Shown: positions 35,707 to 47,003 of the stretch, one piece after another | Numbering within the stretch: position 1 is the first letter of the stretch | How the letters are laid out: each line of letters starts with the position of its first letter | Assembly (NCBI GenBank): GCA_903827975.1 | Contig: CAIKKG010000027.1 | Coordinates: 5,403-69,402 of the forward strand | Source: an uncultured bacterium | Lineage (GTDB): Bacteria > Patescibacteriota > Minisyncoccia > UBA6257 > GWB1-50-10 | Direction: 5' to 3' | Length of the DNA: 64,000 nucleotides | Program-made: the position numbers and the translations under genes | The notes under the pieces: generated by a model | Database searches by the model: none | Told to the model about the DNA's origin: nothing | What the model saw: the letters and a program-made list of their open reading frames with translations, nothing else

Positions 35707-38700
35707 ATGAGTAAAATTACAATTAAATTCGCAACAGTTGGTATTGCTATCGCAACGGTAGCATCACTTTCTGGCCCAGTATTTGCTCAATCAGCTGATT
35801 TAAATGCCCAGATCGCAGCCCTTATGGCCCAGATCGCAGCATTACAGTCACAGGTTGGCGCACAGAGCTCATCAACATCTTCATACAATTTTGCTAAGAA
35901 CCTCACTCTTGGCTCAACTGGTGCAGACGTTAAAGCTTTACAGGGTGTTTTGATCGCAGGTGGATATTTAAAGATTGCTGCTCCTACAACAACATTTGGT
36001 CCTTTGACCAAGGCTGCTGTAATCGCATGGCAGAAGGCAGTAGGTATTTCACCTACTTCTGGCATGGTAGGACCTCTTAGCCGTGCTAAGTTGAACGCAA
36101 TGGGTGGAACAACGAGTGGAACAACAGGTGGAACAACAGTAGTTGTACCATCAGGAACAGGCCTCGTAGTTTCAAAAGCTTCTGATAGCCCATCAGACAG
36201 AACAATCGGTTCTGGAACAGCATTTAACCCAGCATTGAAGGTAGCCCTTTCTGCTGGTGCTTCAGCTGTTAAGGTCACTGGCCTCACAGTCTTTAAGAGC
36301 GGATTCCTCGCGAATTCCAGCCTTAATGGCGTTGATGTCGTTGATTCAAAGGGAGTTCGTCATGGCAACGTAATCACTTCAGTAGGAGCGGATAATACAA
36401 TTAACCTAATCTTCTCAAGTGATCCAGTAGTAATCGCAGCAGGTTCATCCGAGACATTGACTGTCAGGTTTAACCTCGTAAGCGGTGCTATGACTGGAAC
36501 AGTTGTTATGTCATTGCAGTCAGTTGCAAGCGTTTCTACCGATGCAAAATCAGTTTCTGGTGCCTTCCCAATTACGGGTAGCATTGCAAACGTTGTTGCA
36601 GGTTCAAATGCTCTCGCAACTGTCACTTTGGACGTCTTGACCTCAACGGGTTCATCAACATTAAATGTTGACCCAGCGAGCCAGCAGGAAATCACAAAGT
36701 TCCGCATTCAGGAGACGAGCTCGAACGAGGCTGTAAAGCTTTATTCTTGGACTCTCTATAACTACGGAAATGCAGGAGCAACAGACTATAGCGATGTGAA
36801 GCTCGTTGCCCAGAACGGCGACGTGCTCGCAACAGCTCAGGCTGTTGGCCAGAACATCAAATTCGATCTTTCAGCAAACCCTTACTTTATTGACAAGGGA
36901 CAGACGAAAGATTTCACCGTAACGGCGAAATTGATCAATGGAACAACAAAGACGGTTCAGCTCGTAACCTACAATGATTATGATTTGGATATTCGTGGCG
37001 TTGCTACGTCTGTCTCTCTCATGCCAGGAGCAGGTTCAACTGACACGTCATTCCCAATTGGTAATGGATTTAACATCCAGACGATTGGTTCAGGTTCACT
37101 TACTCTTAGCCGCTCAACAGATACACCGAGCGCAGCAGTAACTCCTGGAACAAACGATACGGTTCTCGCAAAATATGTTGTGAAACCAACTGGAGAGAAC
37201 TATGAACTCCGTCAGGTAAGCTTCTACATCTCAAGGGTGACGACAGCTCTTACCGGAACGGTTTACGTGAAAGTAAATGACCAGACTGTATACAGTGTTG
37301 CGGCATCAGGTGTCTCATCAACTGGAGCAAGCACGGTCACACTTTCTTCATATCCTATCTTGACGTCTGGCGTGAACAACACCATCACGGTGTCTGCTTC
37401 AGTCAACTCAAGTGCGGTATCTACAGATGTTTACACGGTGAAGTCATTTGACCTCATCCAGGCAAAGAGGTTGGTAACAAACGACCTCGTTGACCCAGGA
37501 ACTTCAGCCATCGACGGTCTTGGGATCGCGGTACAGGCTGCTAAGCTCACGGTCACGAACCTCTCAACACCGTCTGCACAGTCGGTTGTTAAGGGAACCT
37601 CAGCATTTGAGTTCGCTCAGGTGCAGTTGAGTGCACAGGGTGGCGGCGAGGATATTAAGGTCTCTAAAGTTGTAATCACAGATACAAGCGCGGTACCAAC
37701 CGACTTGACCAATGTCGTGATCTACAAGGATGGAGAAACATCTCCTCTCGTAACCTCAGCATCAACAGCAAACTTCAGCGCAGGAAAGGTATCATTCAAC
37801 TTCCAGAGCCCAGTATTGGTAACGCGCACGACCCCGGTTGTGCTCCATGTTAAGGCTGATGTCGGAACATCTGCTTCAACAACGCCAACACATGTACTTT
37901 CTGTTGTAACATCATCAACTGATGTCACAGCATACGGTTCAGCAACTGGAAACACGGTTTCCGGTGGAAGCCTAGTCTTGGCTGGAAGCAGTCAGACAAT
38001 GGGTGTTGCAGCAGCTGGTACTCTCACTCTCTCACTCGTTTCTGGTTCTGGCGCAACGCCAGCACAGGATCAGGTGGTAACAGCGGGAACATCTGGCGCA
38101 ACATATCTTGCATTTAAGCTCACATCACAGATCGAAGCCCAGAAGATTACATCTTTGAAGGTTACGGCTGCTGGTGCTGCTCTCTCAACAACGACATTGA
38201 GGAACATCGCCCTTTATCAGGACAATGCCTCAGTACCGTTTTCGTCAGCAGGACAGTGGGATTCTTGCAATGGAACAACAACTTGCACAGTCACATTCAC
38301 AGCGACGGATAACTTGCTCGCGGCACCAGTGCCAACAACAGGTGCAAACATCTATGTGAAGGCTGATGTACCAGCAGGAGGTCAGGGTGTGACACTTGGT
38401 GACAGCTTCAAGCTTTCGATTGCGGCAAATACCGACATCGTAACAAAGGGAGCAGTCTCAGCAGCAACAACAACAGCAACGGGAACAGCAGTACCGACAG
38501 CAATGTCGTACGTCGCTCCTCAGAGCGTTGTAGTTGATGCAGTCTCACCTACCTCAGCAACACAGGTCGGATTGTCATCTGGACAGGTTGTTGGAATCTT
38601 TAAGATCACCAACAATGGTACAGCTCCAATCTACCTTGCAAGTACAACCGATGTATCTAAGCAGTTCACCATTTCAAATGGTGGTGCAGCAACAACAAGC

Positions 38701-39087
38701 GTGAAGTTTGAACTCTATGCATCAGCACAGGGTGGTTCTCAGAGCGATATGTCAGTAACATACGCAACGAGCACAACCTCAAATGGTGCAACGGGTGCTT
38801 CTTCAACAATTGCATTTGATTTTAAAATTGCTGGAGTAACTGATGCAAATCGCCAGATTAATGGTGGTTCATTCAGATACCTCTCAATCAAGACAAATGG
38901 TGTTGCAGCAAACAACGATACCTTTGCACTTTCAATCAGTGCTTTGGGTAAGGTGCAGTACTACGTCAATGAGTCAGATTTGGGTTACAGCGGAAATCCG
39001 TTTGTAGATTCAAATATCTCTGGTACATTGGGTGGTATGTACACATCAGGAACGCCTTCACTCGGTACAGTTACCGCGAAGACATAA
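35707..39087 (+). CDS. Large secreted S-layer-like protein with N-terminal peptidoglycan-binding domain
   Basis: Signal peptide, QIAALMAQIAALQ coil, LTLGSTGADVKALQ..FGPLTKAAVIAWQ..GMVGPLSRAKLN, then S/T/V/G-rich beta domains. Confidence 0.8.
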   Translation: MSKITIKFATVGIAIATVASLSGPVFAQSADLNAQIAALMAQIAALQSQVGAQSSSTSSYNFAKNLTLGSTGADVKALQGVLIAGGYLKIAAPTTTFGPLTKAAVIAWQKAVGISPTSGMVGPLSRAKLNAMGGTTSGTTGGTTVVVPSGTGLVVSKASDSPSDRTIGSGTAFNPALKVALSAGASAVKVTGLTVFKSGFLANSSLNGVDVVDSKGVRHGNVITSVGADNTINLIFSSDPVVIAAGSSETLTVRFNLVSGAMTGTVVMSLQSVASVSTDAKSVSGAFPITGSIANVVAGSNALATVTLDVLTSTGSSTLNVDPASQQEITKFRIQETSSNEAVKLYSWTLYNYGNAGATDYSDVKLVAQNGDVLATAQAVGQNIKFDLSANPYFIDKGQTKDFTVTAKLINGTTKTVQLVTYNDYDLDIRGVATSVSLMPGAGSTDTSFPIGNGFNIQTIGSGSLTLSRSTDTPSAAVTPGTNDTVLAKYVVKPTGENYELRQVSFYISRVTTALTGTVYVKVNDQTVYSVAASGVSSTGASTVTLSSYPILTSGVNNTITVSASVNSSAVSTDVYTVKSFDLIQAKRLVTNDLVDPGTSAIDGLGIAVQAAKLTVTNLSTPSAQSVVKGTSAFEFAQVQLSAQGGGEDIKVSKVVITDTSAVPTDLTNVVIYKDGETSPLVTSASTANFSAGKVSFNFQSPVLVTRTTPVVLHVKADVGTSASTTPTHVLSVVTSSTDVTAYGSATGNTVSGGSLVLAGSSQTMGVAAAGTLTLSLVSGSGATPAQDQVVTAGTSGATYLAFKLTSQIEAQKITSLKVTAAGAALSTTTLRNIALYQDNASVPFSSAGQWDSCNGTTTCTVTFTATDNLLAAPVPTTGANIYVKADVPAGGQGVTLGDSFKLSIAANTDIVTKGAVSAATTTATGTAVPTAMSYVAPQSVVVDAVSPTSATQVGLSSGQVVGIFKITNNGTAPIYLASTTDVSKQFTISNGGAATTSVKFELYASAQGGSQSDMSVTYATSTTSNGATGASSTIAFDFKIAGVTDANRQINGGSFRYLSIKTNGVAANNDTFALSISALGKVQYYVNESDLGYSGNPFVDSNISGTLGGMYTSGTPSLGTVTAKT

Positions 39088-39200
39088 ACCTGGTTGTTTA
39101 ACTGGTTTTTCAGTAGCGCAAACTGTATCAAAAAGCCCCCTCGGGGGCTTTTTGATTTGTTTGTTGTGAGTTATTAGTTAAATTGGTACACTAGAAAGCA

Positions 39201-40553
39201 ATGGTTAACTATTTTAAACTTACAAAATTTCTTCTAGTACTTCCGGTTCTTGGTATTTTTATAGTGAGCACCTCAACCTTGTTCCCATTTATCGTAGGGA
39301 AGTATGTCTGGTTCCGTTCAGCTGTTGATTTCGCTCTTATCGCATTTCTTTTAGGACTCTTATTTAACGATGATGACTCACATATGTGGCACAGGATTAA
39401 AGCAGTCCTTAGGCAACCTCTTGTAATTGCAGTCTCAATATTTGTCGCCATCTTTCTCTTGGCTGGATTCTTCGGTGTAGATCCGATGATGTCTTTCTGG
39501 TCTAATTTTGAGCGCGGTGAGGGTGGTCTTCAACTAGTTCACTTCTGGATCTGGTTTACGCTTCTCGTGACCTTGTTTAGGGAGGAGAAAGACTGGCAGA
39601 ATATTTTTGGATTTGCACTCGTGGGTGGCGCCTTAATGGCCGCATACGGATTCTTAGCTGGAGTTGGCGCGAGTGGATTTATCGGTCCAAAGTTTGGAAC
39701 AGAGAGAATCTCCGGCTCAATTGGTAACTCGGCCTATACCGCCGCCTACTCAATATTCATGCTTTTTTATATTGGGTATCTATTGATAAGTAAGTATAAG
39801 GGTAAGTTGCGTTCTGGCGGTGCAATAGTGCTCTATGTACTTTCATTAGTATTCTTCACAACCTTCCTTTTAGCTGGCACGCGTGGCGCATTTATGGGTC
39901 TTGTAGCCTCCATGATTGCGTTCTTGGTATTCTTTGCATTTACGCGCAAAGAATGGCGCAAATGGGTAATTTCCGCGATTGTTGCAATCGTTTTATTGGT
40001 AGGACTGGGAATTAAATTCAAGGACTCTGCGTTTATTAAAGCAATTCCAGGCTCCCGTATTTTTGACATCTCAGTTGGAGCAAAGACATTTGAGGACAGG
40101 TCATATATGTGGACAATTGCGGTAGATGGCGCGAAGGTTTATCCAGTATTTGGCTGGGGTCCAGAGAACTATCTTCATATTTTCGATCAGCGTTTTAACA
40201 TAAAATATTTTAAGCCAAGTGAGGGATTTGGAGCCTGGTTTGATAGGGCACACAGTATTTATTTTGATTATCTATCAGAAATCGGAATCTTAGGACTCCT
40301 AAGTTTCTTGGGAATGTTTATCGTCTTCTATTTTCAGTTCTTCAAAAAGCGAATGGCTGACTCAATATTAAGCTCTAAGTCAGTCACTGAGCAGGCACTA
40401 CTTTTCTCAATGCTTTTCGCATATCTGGTCCAAGGCCTAGTTCTTTTTGACGTCTCTCCTATTTATCTTAATGTGTTTTTGATTCTTGCATTTGGTGCAT
40501 ACCAGTTTCAACCACATATTTCTAAAGTCGCAGTCCAGCAAAAACATAAATAA
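39201..40553 (+). CDS. O-antigen ligase / O-oligosaccharyltransferase (Wzy_C family)
   Basis: Multi-TM; GSIGNSAY, AGTRGAFMG, FGWGPENY, DRAHSIYFDYLSEIGILG. Confidence 0.88.
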   Translation: MVNYFKLTKFLLVLPVLGIFIVSTSTLFPFIVGKYVWFRSAVDFALIAFLLGLLFNDDDSHMWHRIKAVLRQPLVIAVSIFVAIFLLAGFFGVDPMMSFWSNFERGEGGLQLVHFWIWFTLLVTLFREEKDWQNIFGFALVGGALMAAYGFLAGVGASGFIGPKFGTERISGSIGNSAYTAAYSIFMLFYIGYLLISKYKGKLRSGGAIVLYVLSLVFFTTFLLAGTRGAFMGLVASMIAFLVFFAFTRKEWRKWVISAIVAIVLLVGLGIKFKDSAFIKAIPGSRIFDISVGAKTFEDRSYMWTIAVDGAKVYPVFGWGPENYLHIFDQRFNIKYFKPSEGFGAWFDRAHSIYFDYLSEIGILGLLSFLGMFIVFYFQFFKKRMADSILSSKSVTEQALLFSMLFAYLVQGLVLFDVSPIYLNVFLILAFGAYQFQPHISKVAVQQKHK

Positions 40554-40558
40554 GAACT

Positions 40559-41122
40559 ATGAAACAAATCGTAATCGTTATTGGAATAATTCTCGCAGTT
40601 CTTAGCTTTATTTATGGAGCGGTACTGCCTTATATGAAGGCCGGGGCATATATTACCGCTATGCAGAATCTATCAAATGTAACCTCCGTACAGGGGTTTA
40701 AAGATAATTTTGATTCAGCATTTAATTTCTACTCACCAGTAGGAGATGAGGAGGTCACAAAGTTTTTGGCAAGCGATATTGTTAATCTCGTGAGTCAGGA
40801 GAAGCAGCCAGAGCTAGTCTCCCGCGAACTAGTCTCCTATATTGAGCCCCATCTTTATGGCGACAATCCACGCCATCTTCTCTCAGGTGCGCAAGCATAC
40901 ACAATTTTGTGGGTTAAGTATGGAAAGAAGGATGATTATCTGAAGGCAGAATCATATTATAAAAAAATCCTTTCAATCGGTCCGAATCTACCACCAGCAC
41001 TCTATGGACTTCTTGATCTGTATGGCAGAGCGGGGGACAAGGAGAATCTGAAAAAAGTTGGTGAGACAATTCTCGGGTACTGGCCAAGCGATGCGAGTAC
41101 TAGAGCTTTGATTAAGAAATAA
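40559..41122 (+). CDS. Membrane-anchored TPR-like helical protein
   Basis: N-terminal TM; AESYYKKILSIGP..ALYGLLDLY. Confidence 0.6.
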   Translation: MKQIVIVIGIILAVLSFIYGAVLPYMKAGAYITAMQNLSNVTSVQGFKDNFDSAFNFYSPVGDEEVTKFLASDIVNLVSQEKQPELVSRELVSYIEPHLYGDNPRHLLSGAQAYTILWVKYGKKDDYLKAESYYKKILSIGPNLPPALYGLLDLYGRAGDKENLKKVGETILGYWPSDASTRALIKK

Positions 41123-41189
41123 GTTTCTAGGAGTAAAAAGAATTAAGACTATCAGCAATGCTGATTGGATAGTATTTGTGGAATGAAAA

Positions 41190-41951
41190 ATGAAAATAAT
41201 CTCATATAATGTTTTGGGCGGGAAAATGTTAGACCCTCTTCTGCAATTTATTGAGGAGGAATCAAAAAACACAGATATTTTTTGTTTTCAGGAGGCGCTA
41301 GATTCGAGTGCTCCAATGGAGGAGGATGTGGAAGAGCGCCACCATCTTTTAGGTATTCTTAAAGCAAAACTTTCTGAATTTAATTACTATTTTTCTCCTT
41401 TTAGGGGTGGATATGATTGTAGCTCAAACGTTGACTCGCGAGTGTCTTTTGGCCTCGCCATATTTATTAGAAAAACCTTTAAAATCGATTCATTTGAAAT
41501 GGTTTTTTTACAAGGAGACGAGATGAGTCCTCCTGGAAGTAATTTAGTTGTATTACCTTATAGTGCACAGTTTCTAACATTTTTAAACAATTCTGGTAAG
41601 AAAATCACTCTCGCTCATGTGCATGGGATTTCTGACTGGCCGAAAACTGACACTCCGGCCCGCATTAGGCAGTCGGAGATTATTAATGAATTTTTAAGTA
41701 AGAAAAACACCTCAGAAATAATCTGCGGAGACTTTAATCTTTTTCCAGAAACAGAAAGTATAGCTCTTATTGAAAAGAATAGGGTTGGCCTTATTAAAGA
41801 ATTCGGAATACAAAATACTCGCAATTCACTTGTGCCGACGCCCCACGTCTCTGATTACTTTTTTGTCTCATCAGATTTGAAAGTTGAAGATTTTTCAGTT
41901 TCTAATCTTTTTGCCTCTGATCACCTCCCACTTATATTGGTTGTTAATTAA
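41190..41951 (+). CDS. Endonuclease/exonuclease/phosphatase (EEP) family protein
   Basis: ISYNV, FCFQE, CGDFN, SDHLPL. Confidence 0.9.
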   Translation: MKIISYNVLGGKMLDPLLQFIEEESKNTDIFCFQEALDSSAPMEEDVEERHHLLGILKAKLSEFNYYFSPFRGGYDCSSNVDSRVSFGLAIFIRKTFKIDSFEMVFLQGDEMSPPGSNLVVLPYSAQFLTFLNNSGKKITLAHVHGISDWPKTDTPARIRQSEIINEFLSKKNTSEIICGDFNLFPETESIALIEKNRVGLIKEFGIQNTRNSLVPTPHVSDYFFVSSDLKVEDFSVSNLFASDHLPLILVVN

Positions 41952-42009
41952 TCAGACATATGATGAGTAACATTGTGCTTAGTTCTTTTCATCTCTATTA
42001 TTAATAACA

Positions 42010-43830
42010 ATGTGTGGAATATGTGGTGCGACAAGTAGGGAAATAGGTTATAGAGACAAGCTCATAGGCGCAGTTTCTTCAATGAACGAGGTCCAGATTC
42101 GACGTGGTCCTGATGATGATGGTGTCTGGTCTGATGAAAAGAATGCTGTTGTGTTTGGCCAGCGCAGACTTTCTATTATTGATCTCTCCTCCGCCGGACA
42201 TCAGCCGATGAGTTATGATAGTGGTCAGTTTTGGATAACATTTAATGGGGAGATTTATAATTTTGCTGAATTAAAGAGTGAACTTGAGTGTCGTGGGGCA
42301 ACATTTAAAACGAAGACAGATACGGAAGTAATCCTCGCCTTATTTAAAGAATTCGGTGAGGCCTCGTTCTCTAAAATGCGAGGCATTTTTGCATTCGCCA
42401 TGTGGGACATGAAGCGCGAGCGATTATTTTTAGTGCGCGATCATTATGGAGTAAAGCCTCTGTATTATTTTTCAAATAAAGAAAAACTCGTATTTGCCTC
42501 AACAGTAAAAGCGATTGAAAAGAGTGGGGAAGTTCAGTTGGAAAAATGTACTGAGGCGCTTGTGGGCTTCCTTCTTATGGGTTCTGTGCCATCGCCATTC
42601 ACCACACTTAAAAATGTATTCTCAGTTCCGGCGGGTCATTACTTGGTACGTGAAAAAGATGGTAGTGAGAGATTAGTTAAATATTATGATTCGCTAGATG
42701 CATTTTTAACCAAGAGCACTGATAGTGTGGATGTGGCTGTCGAAAAAATAAGAGCTGGATTGAAGGAGGCAGTGAATCTTAATCTGGTAAGTGATGCACC
42801 ACTCGGAGTCTTCTTAAGTGGTGGGCTTGATTCGTCTGCACTCGCTGCACTTTCAGCAAAAGCAAGAGAAAATCCTCTAACAACAATCTCCATAACCTTT
42901 GACGAGACAAAGTTTTCTGAGAAGAAGTATCAGGATATGGTTGCTTTGCATATTAAGAGTAATCATAAAGAGGTAAGGATTCGGAAGGAGGATTTTTATA
43001 ATTCGTATAATGATATTTTTGAGGCGATGGATCAGCCGACTATTGATGCAGTAAATACATTCTTCGTGTCTAAGGCGGCAAAGGAAGCCGGCCTAAAGGT
43101 GGTTCTCTCCGGGTTGGGGAGTGATGAGATATTTTGTGGTTACCCCTCGTTTAGGAAGGTTTCTAGGCTACACACAATTCAGAGACTTCCTCGCGCACTA
43201 AGGGCGCCACTTTCATTTACTGGATTATTTGATGATGAATATGCCAAGTTGCAAAATCTTCAGCGAGATGATGTTCTAAGTTTCTATCTCTCATCCAGAA
43301 GTCAATTTTTTGTAAATGACGTTGCAAAAATTCTAGGCATCAGTCTTCCTGAGGTTCTATCAGCGTTTAATGCAATTCGGGAGAAAAGTTTTCTGGATGA
43401 TTCTCGTCTTGCAACACTTGACCCAGTAGACCTTCACTCATTTCTCGAGGTAAGGATGTATATGCAGAATCAGTTATTAAAGGATACGGATGCAATGTCT
43501 ATGTATCACTCAGTTGAGGCGCGGGTGCCATTTTTAGACTTTAAGCTTGTTGAGTATGTGAGCAGTCTGCCCTCTGAAATGAAGCTCGGTGGAAGTGTGA
43601 ATAAGCAATTACTCGTTGATGCGGTTCGCGAAACACTTCCATCTGCTATATTTAACCGTCCTAAAATGGGATTTGTATTTCCTTTTGCAGAATGGTTGAA
43701 AGACGCGCCAAGTGATTTTATCCCAGCAGGCGAGGTAACCAAGGAATTATTTGAGAAATTTAAGTCTGGAAGAATGCACTGGTCGCGCTTCTGGGCGAGT
43801 GTTATACTGAGCCATTGGAAAAAACAGTAA
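42010..43830 (+). CDS. asnB: Asparagine synthase-like amidotransferase (glycan amidation)
   Basis: MCGI, RRLSIID, FNGEIYN, LSGGLDSS, EARVPFLD. Confidence 0.92.
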   Translation: MCGICGATSREIGYRDKLIGAVSSMNEVQIRRGPDDDGVWSDEKNAVVFGQRRLSIIDLSSAGHQPMSYDSGQFWITFNGEIYNFAELKSELECRGATFKTKTDTEVILALFKEFGEASFSKMRGIFAFAMWDMKRERLFLVRDHYGVKPLYYFSNKEKLVFASTVKAIEKSGEVQLEKCTEALVGFLLMGSVPSPFTTLKNVFSVPAGHYLVREKDGSERLVKYYDSLDAFLTKSTDSVDVAVEKIRAGLKEAVNLNLVSDAPLGVFLSGGLDSSALAALSAKARENPLTTISITFDETKFSEKKYQDMVALHIKSNHKEVRIRKEDFYNSYNDIFEAMDQPTIDAVNTFFVSKAAKEAGLKVVLSGLGSDEIFCGYPSFRKVSRLHTIQRLPRALRAPLSFTGLFDDEYAKLQNLQRDDVLSFYLSSRSQFFVNDVAKILGISLPEVLSAFNAIREKSFLDDSRLATLDPVDLHSFLEVRMYMQNQLLKDTDAMSMYHSVEARVPFLDFKLVEYVSSLPSEMKLGGSVNKQLLVDAVRETLPSAIFNRPKMGFVFPFAEWLKDAPSDFIPAGEVTKELFEKFKSGRMHWSRFWASVILSHWKKQ

Positions 43831-43843
43831 ATTAAGCTATTTT

Positions 43844-44701
43844 ATGAATAAAAAAGTATCGGTTTCTCTCATAATTCTTACTCGGAACGAAGAAATGCAT
43901 TTGAAAAGGTGCATTGATAGTGCGCGTAATATAGCTAGCAATGTTATTGTTGTGGATTCATTTTCTTCTGATAAGACTGAGTCAATTGCAAAAGAGTGTG
44001 GTGCAGAATTTGTTCAGCATCAATTTTTAAATCAGGCTGATCAGTTTAATTGGGCATTGGACAACCTCGAAATAAATGGGGATTGGATATTGAGATTAGA
44101 TGCGGACGAATTTTTAACAAAAGAACTATCTGATGAAATTTCGGAAACATTAGAAAATATTTCAGAAAATATTTCAGGCTTCTCTATTAAGCGTCGAGTG
44201 CATTTTATGGGGCGCTGGATTAGACATGGAGGATATTATCCATCATGGTTTGTACGATTATTTAAAAAAGGGAGGGGAAGGTATGAGGTTAGGGAGGTTG
44301 ATGAACATGTAGTCATTAGTGATGGTGAGATCCAAAATCTAAAGAACGATTTTGTTGATAGCAATAAACAAAATTTAGAGTGGTGGATTGGGAAACAGAA
44401 CAATCATTCCTCAAGAGAGGTTCTGGCATTAATAAATAAAAGTAAGGATAAGGAGCTTAAACCAAGTCTTTTTGCTGGACAGGCGGAACGCAGAAGATGG
44501 CTCAAGGAAAAGCTATTTATGAGTTCCCCGAAGTTTATGCGTTCATTTTTATATTTTTTCTATCGTTATTTTTTGAGACTCGGTTTTTTGGACGGGGTGG
44601 AGGGTCTAATATTTCACTTTTTGACAGCATTCTGGTACAGATTCCTCATAGATGCTAAGCTATTTGAATACCAAAAGGCGATAAAAAATAATAATAAATA
44701 A
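43844..44701 (+). CDS. Glycosyltransferase family 2
   Basis: LTRNEE, VVDSFSSD, LDADE. Confidence 0.9.
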   Translation: MNKKVSVSLIILTRNEEMHLKRCIDSARNIASNVIVVDSFSSDKTESIAKECGAEFVQHQFLNQADQFNWALDNLEINGDWILRLDADEFLTKELSDEISETLENISENISGFSIKRRVHFMGRWIRHGGYYPSWFVRLFKKGRGRYEVREVDEHVVISDGEIQNLKNDFVDSNKQNLEWWIGKQNNHSSREVLALINKSKDKELKPSLFAGQAERRRWLKEKLFMSSPKFMRSFLYFFYRYFLRLGFLDGVEGLIFHFLTAFWYRFLIDAKLFEYQKAIKNNNK

Positions 44702-44709
44702 TCAATAAA

Positions 44710-45666
44710 ATGGAAAAAAAGGTATTGGTTGTTGGTGGTGCTGGTTATATTGGTGGTGCTGTAACTGATTTTTTGAAAGAGAAAAATATTTCATTTACCG
44801 TATATGACAGCCTTTTTTATGAGGATCGTTTTTTTAAACAAGTAGATTTTATTTATGGAGATGTGCGAGACCACGAGAAATTAAAAGAAATTCTTCCTAA
44901 TTACTCCCATGTTATTTGGTTGGCGGCAATAGTCGGGGACCCAGCATGTAAGATTAGGCCTGATTTAACAATCGCAATCAATCAAGACGCAGTTGAGTGG
45001 CTTTCTAAAAATTATGACGGGAGAATTGTATTTATGTCTACGTGTTCTGTGTACGGGAAAAACGATAGTGTTGTAAATGAAGAGAGTGAATTAAATCCAC
45101 TTTCTTTATATGCAGAAACAAAAGCTAAGGCAGAGCAGTTTCTAAAAAATAAGAATAGTTTAATTTTCAGATTGGGGACGGTTTTTGGAATTTCAGATAC
45201 ATATTCTCGACCACGAATGGATTTAGCGGTTAATTATATGACTGCAAATGCGGTAGTGAAGGGCAAACTCTCTGTTTTTGGAGGATCCCAGTGGCGTCCA
45301 TTTATTCACGTCAGAAAGGTTGGCGAGGTAATAGCTAATTTTGTTGACACACCAATTACAGGAATATTTAATCTTGCCTCATTTAATTATCAAATTAAAG
45401 ATCTAGCTGAAGAAATTGGAGCGATAACCGGCGCTGAAATAGTATATGCCGACCAGAAGTTTCAAGATGAGCGCAATTATAACGCAACAAATGAAAAAGC
45501 TTTAAAAGCTAATATGCTCGGCTCAGAAAAATCATTTACTATTCATGATGGCGTTGACGAGATTTATAAAATGGTAAAATCAAAGCGTATAAAATATACA
45601 GAAAATGACGTTTATTTTAATGAGCGTCACGTAGCAAATCTAAATGAAAATGGAGAATTTAAATAA
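44710..45666 (+). CDS. NAD-dependent epimerase/dehydratase
   Basis: GGAGYIG, STCSVYG, YAETK. Confidence 0.9.
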   Translation: MEKKVLVVGGAGYIGGAVTDFLKEKNISFTVYDSLFYEDRFFKQVDFIYGDVRDHEKLKEILPNYSHVIWLAAIVGDPACKIRPDLTIAINQDAVEWLSKNYDGRIVFMSTCSVYGKNDSVVNEESELNPLSLYAETKAKAEQFLKNKNSLIFRLGTVFGISDTYSRPRMDLAVNYMTANAVVKGKLSVFGGSQWRPFIHVRKVGEVIANFVDTPITGIFNLASFNYQIKDLAEEIGAITGAEIVYADQKFQDERNYNATNEKALKANMLGSEKSFTIHDGVDEIYKMVKSKRIKYTENDVYFNERHVANLNENGEFK

Positions 45667-46111
45667 TAATATGATAAAAATAATTGATGGTGGTTTGGCC
45701 GCTGATGATAGAGGTGTTCTTTCATTCGCGAATGAGTTTGGTTTTGAGGGGGTTAAGCGATTTTATATGGTTGAAAATTTTTCAACCGATGTAATAAGGG
45801 CGTGGCACGGGCATCTAAAAGAGGCCAAATATGTAATGGTTGTTTCTGGGTCTGCCATTGTTGCAGGGGTCCAGATGAGTGATTCCCAAGCCCCAGATAA
45901 AAACGCAAAAGTTGAAAGGTTTGTGTTGTCTGCAAGAAAGCCAAACGTTATTTTCATTCCTGCTGGCTATGCAAATGGATTCAGACCACTCGAAAATGGA
46001 ACAAAAATAATATATCTTTCTACGTCAACCCTTGAAGAATCTAAGGGTGATGATTATAGGTTTCCAGCTGATTATTGGGGTGAAAAGGTTTGGCAAGTAG
46101 AAAATAGATAA
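45644..46111 (+). CDS. RmlC-like cupin sugar 3,5-epimerase
   Basis: DDRG, IRAWHGH, IPAGYANGF. Confidence 0.85.
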   Translation: MKMENLNNNMIKIIDGGLAADDRGVLSFANEFGFEGVKRFYMVENFSTDVIRAWHGHLKEAKYVMVVSGSAIVAGVQMSDSQAPDKNAKVERFVLSARKPNVIFIPAGYANGFRPLENGTKIIYLSTSTLEESKGDDYRFPADYWGEKVWQVENR

Positions 46112-46113
46112 CC

Positions 46114-46995
46114 ATGAATAAAAAAATATTATTGTTAGGTTCGACTGGCATGCTTGGAAATGCAGTTTACGCGGTTCTTAAGGATAAGTATTCACTTGTT
46201 CTTACTGCCCGCTCTAAGGATAAGTTGGATTTATTAGAAAAAGCGCATGGTGGCACAGCGGCACATTCATTTGTTGAATTTGATGCGCTTAAGATTTATG
46301 ATGATTATTTGGCAAAGAAGGGTTACCGTGGAGAATACCTAACCAATTTTTTGAAAGATATTGGGGAGGTTGATTATGTGATAAATGCAATAGGCGTAAC
46401 CATTCCTTATGCGATGGAAAATCCTGCAGGCACATTTTTCATTAATGGGGCGTTGCCTCATATTTTGGCAAATGTATTTGGGGAAAAATTAATTCACATC
46501 ACGACCGACTGTGTATATAACGGCAAGGAGGGATTTCCATATGATGAGAACTCCCCTAAAACTCCTATGGATATTTATGGACTTTCGAAAAGTCTTGGGG
46601 AGCCACTAAATTGTCTTACAATTAGAACCTCAATTATTGGAAGAGAGGTTGAGGGATTTTCCAGTCTTCTCGAATGGTTTTTAGCTCAAAAAGGTAAGGA
46701 GGTGAATGGGTTTGCGAAGCATTTTTGGAATGGAGTCACAACAAAAGAATTTGGAAAGATTTGTGACAAGATAATTTCAAATCCTGAACGATATCCAAAG
46801 AAAGGTATTTATCATGTTTTTTCTAACTCTGTTTCTAAATTTCATATGGTTACGAAATTTGAAGAGAAATTTAAAATTGGGTGTACGATAAAAGAAGAGA
46901 CCACCAATGAATTAAATCGCACCATGGGTACGGTAAAAGAATTGAATGGTCTTTTAGGTGTTCCAAGTTTTGATGAAATGATTGATGATTTATAG
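46114..46995 (+). CDS. RmlD-like NDP-4-keto-6-deoxysugar reductase
   Basis: GSTGMLG, HITTDCVYNG, YGLSKSLGE. Confidence 0.85.
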   Translation: MNKKILLLGSTGMLGNAVYAVLKDKYSLVLTARSKDKLDLLEKAHGGTAAHSFVEFDALKIYDDYLAKKGYRGEYLTNFLKDIGEVDYVINAIGVTIPYAMENPAGTFFINGALPHILANVFGEKLIHITTDCVYNGKEGFPYDENSPKTPMDIYGLSKSLGEPLNCLTIRTSIIGREVEGFSSLLEWFLAQKGKEVNGFAKHFWNGVTTKEFGKICDKIISNPERYPKKGIYHVFSNSVSKFHMVTKFEEKFKIGCTIKEETTNELNRTMGTVKELNGLLGVPSFDEMIDDL

Positions 46996-47003
46996 ACCTG
47001 ACC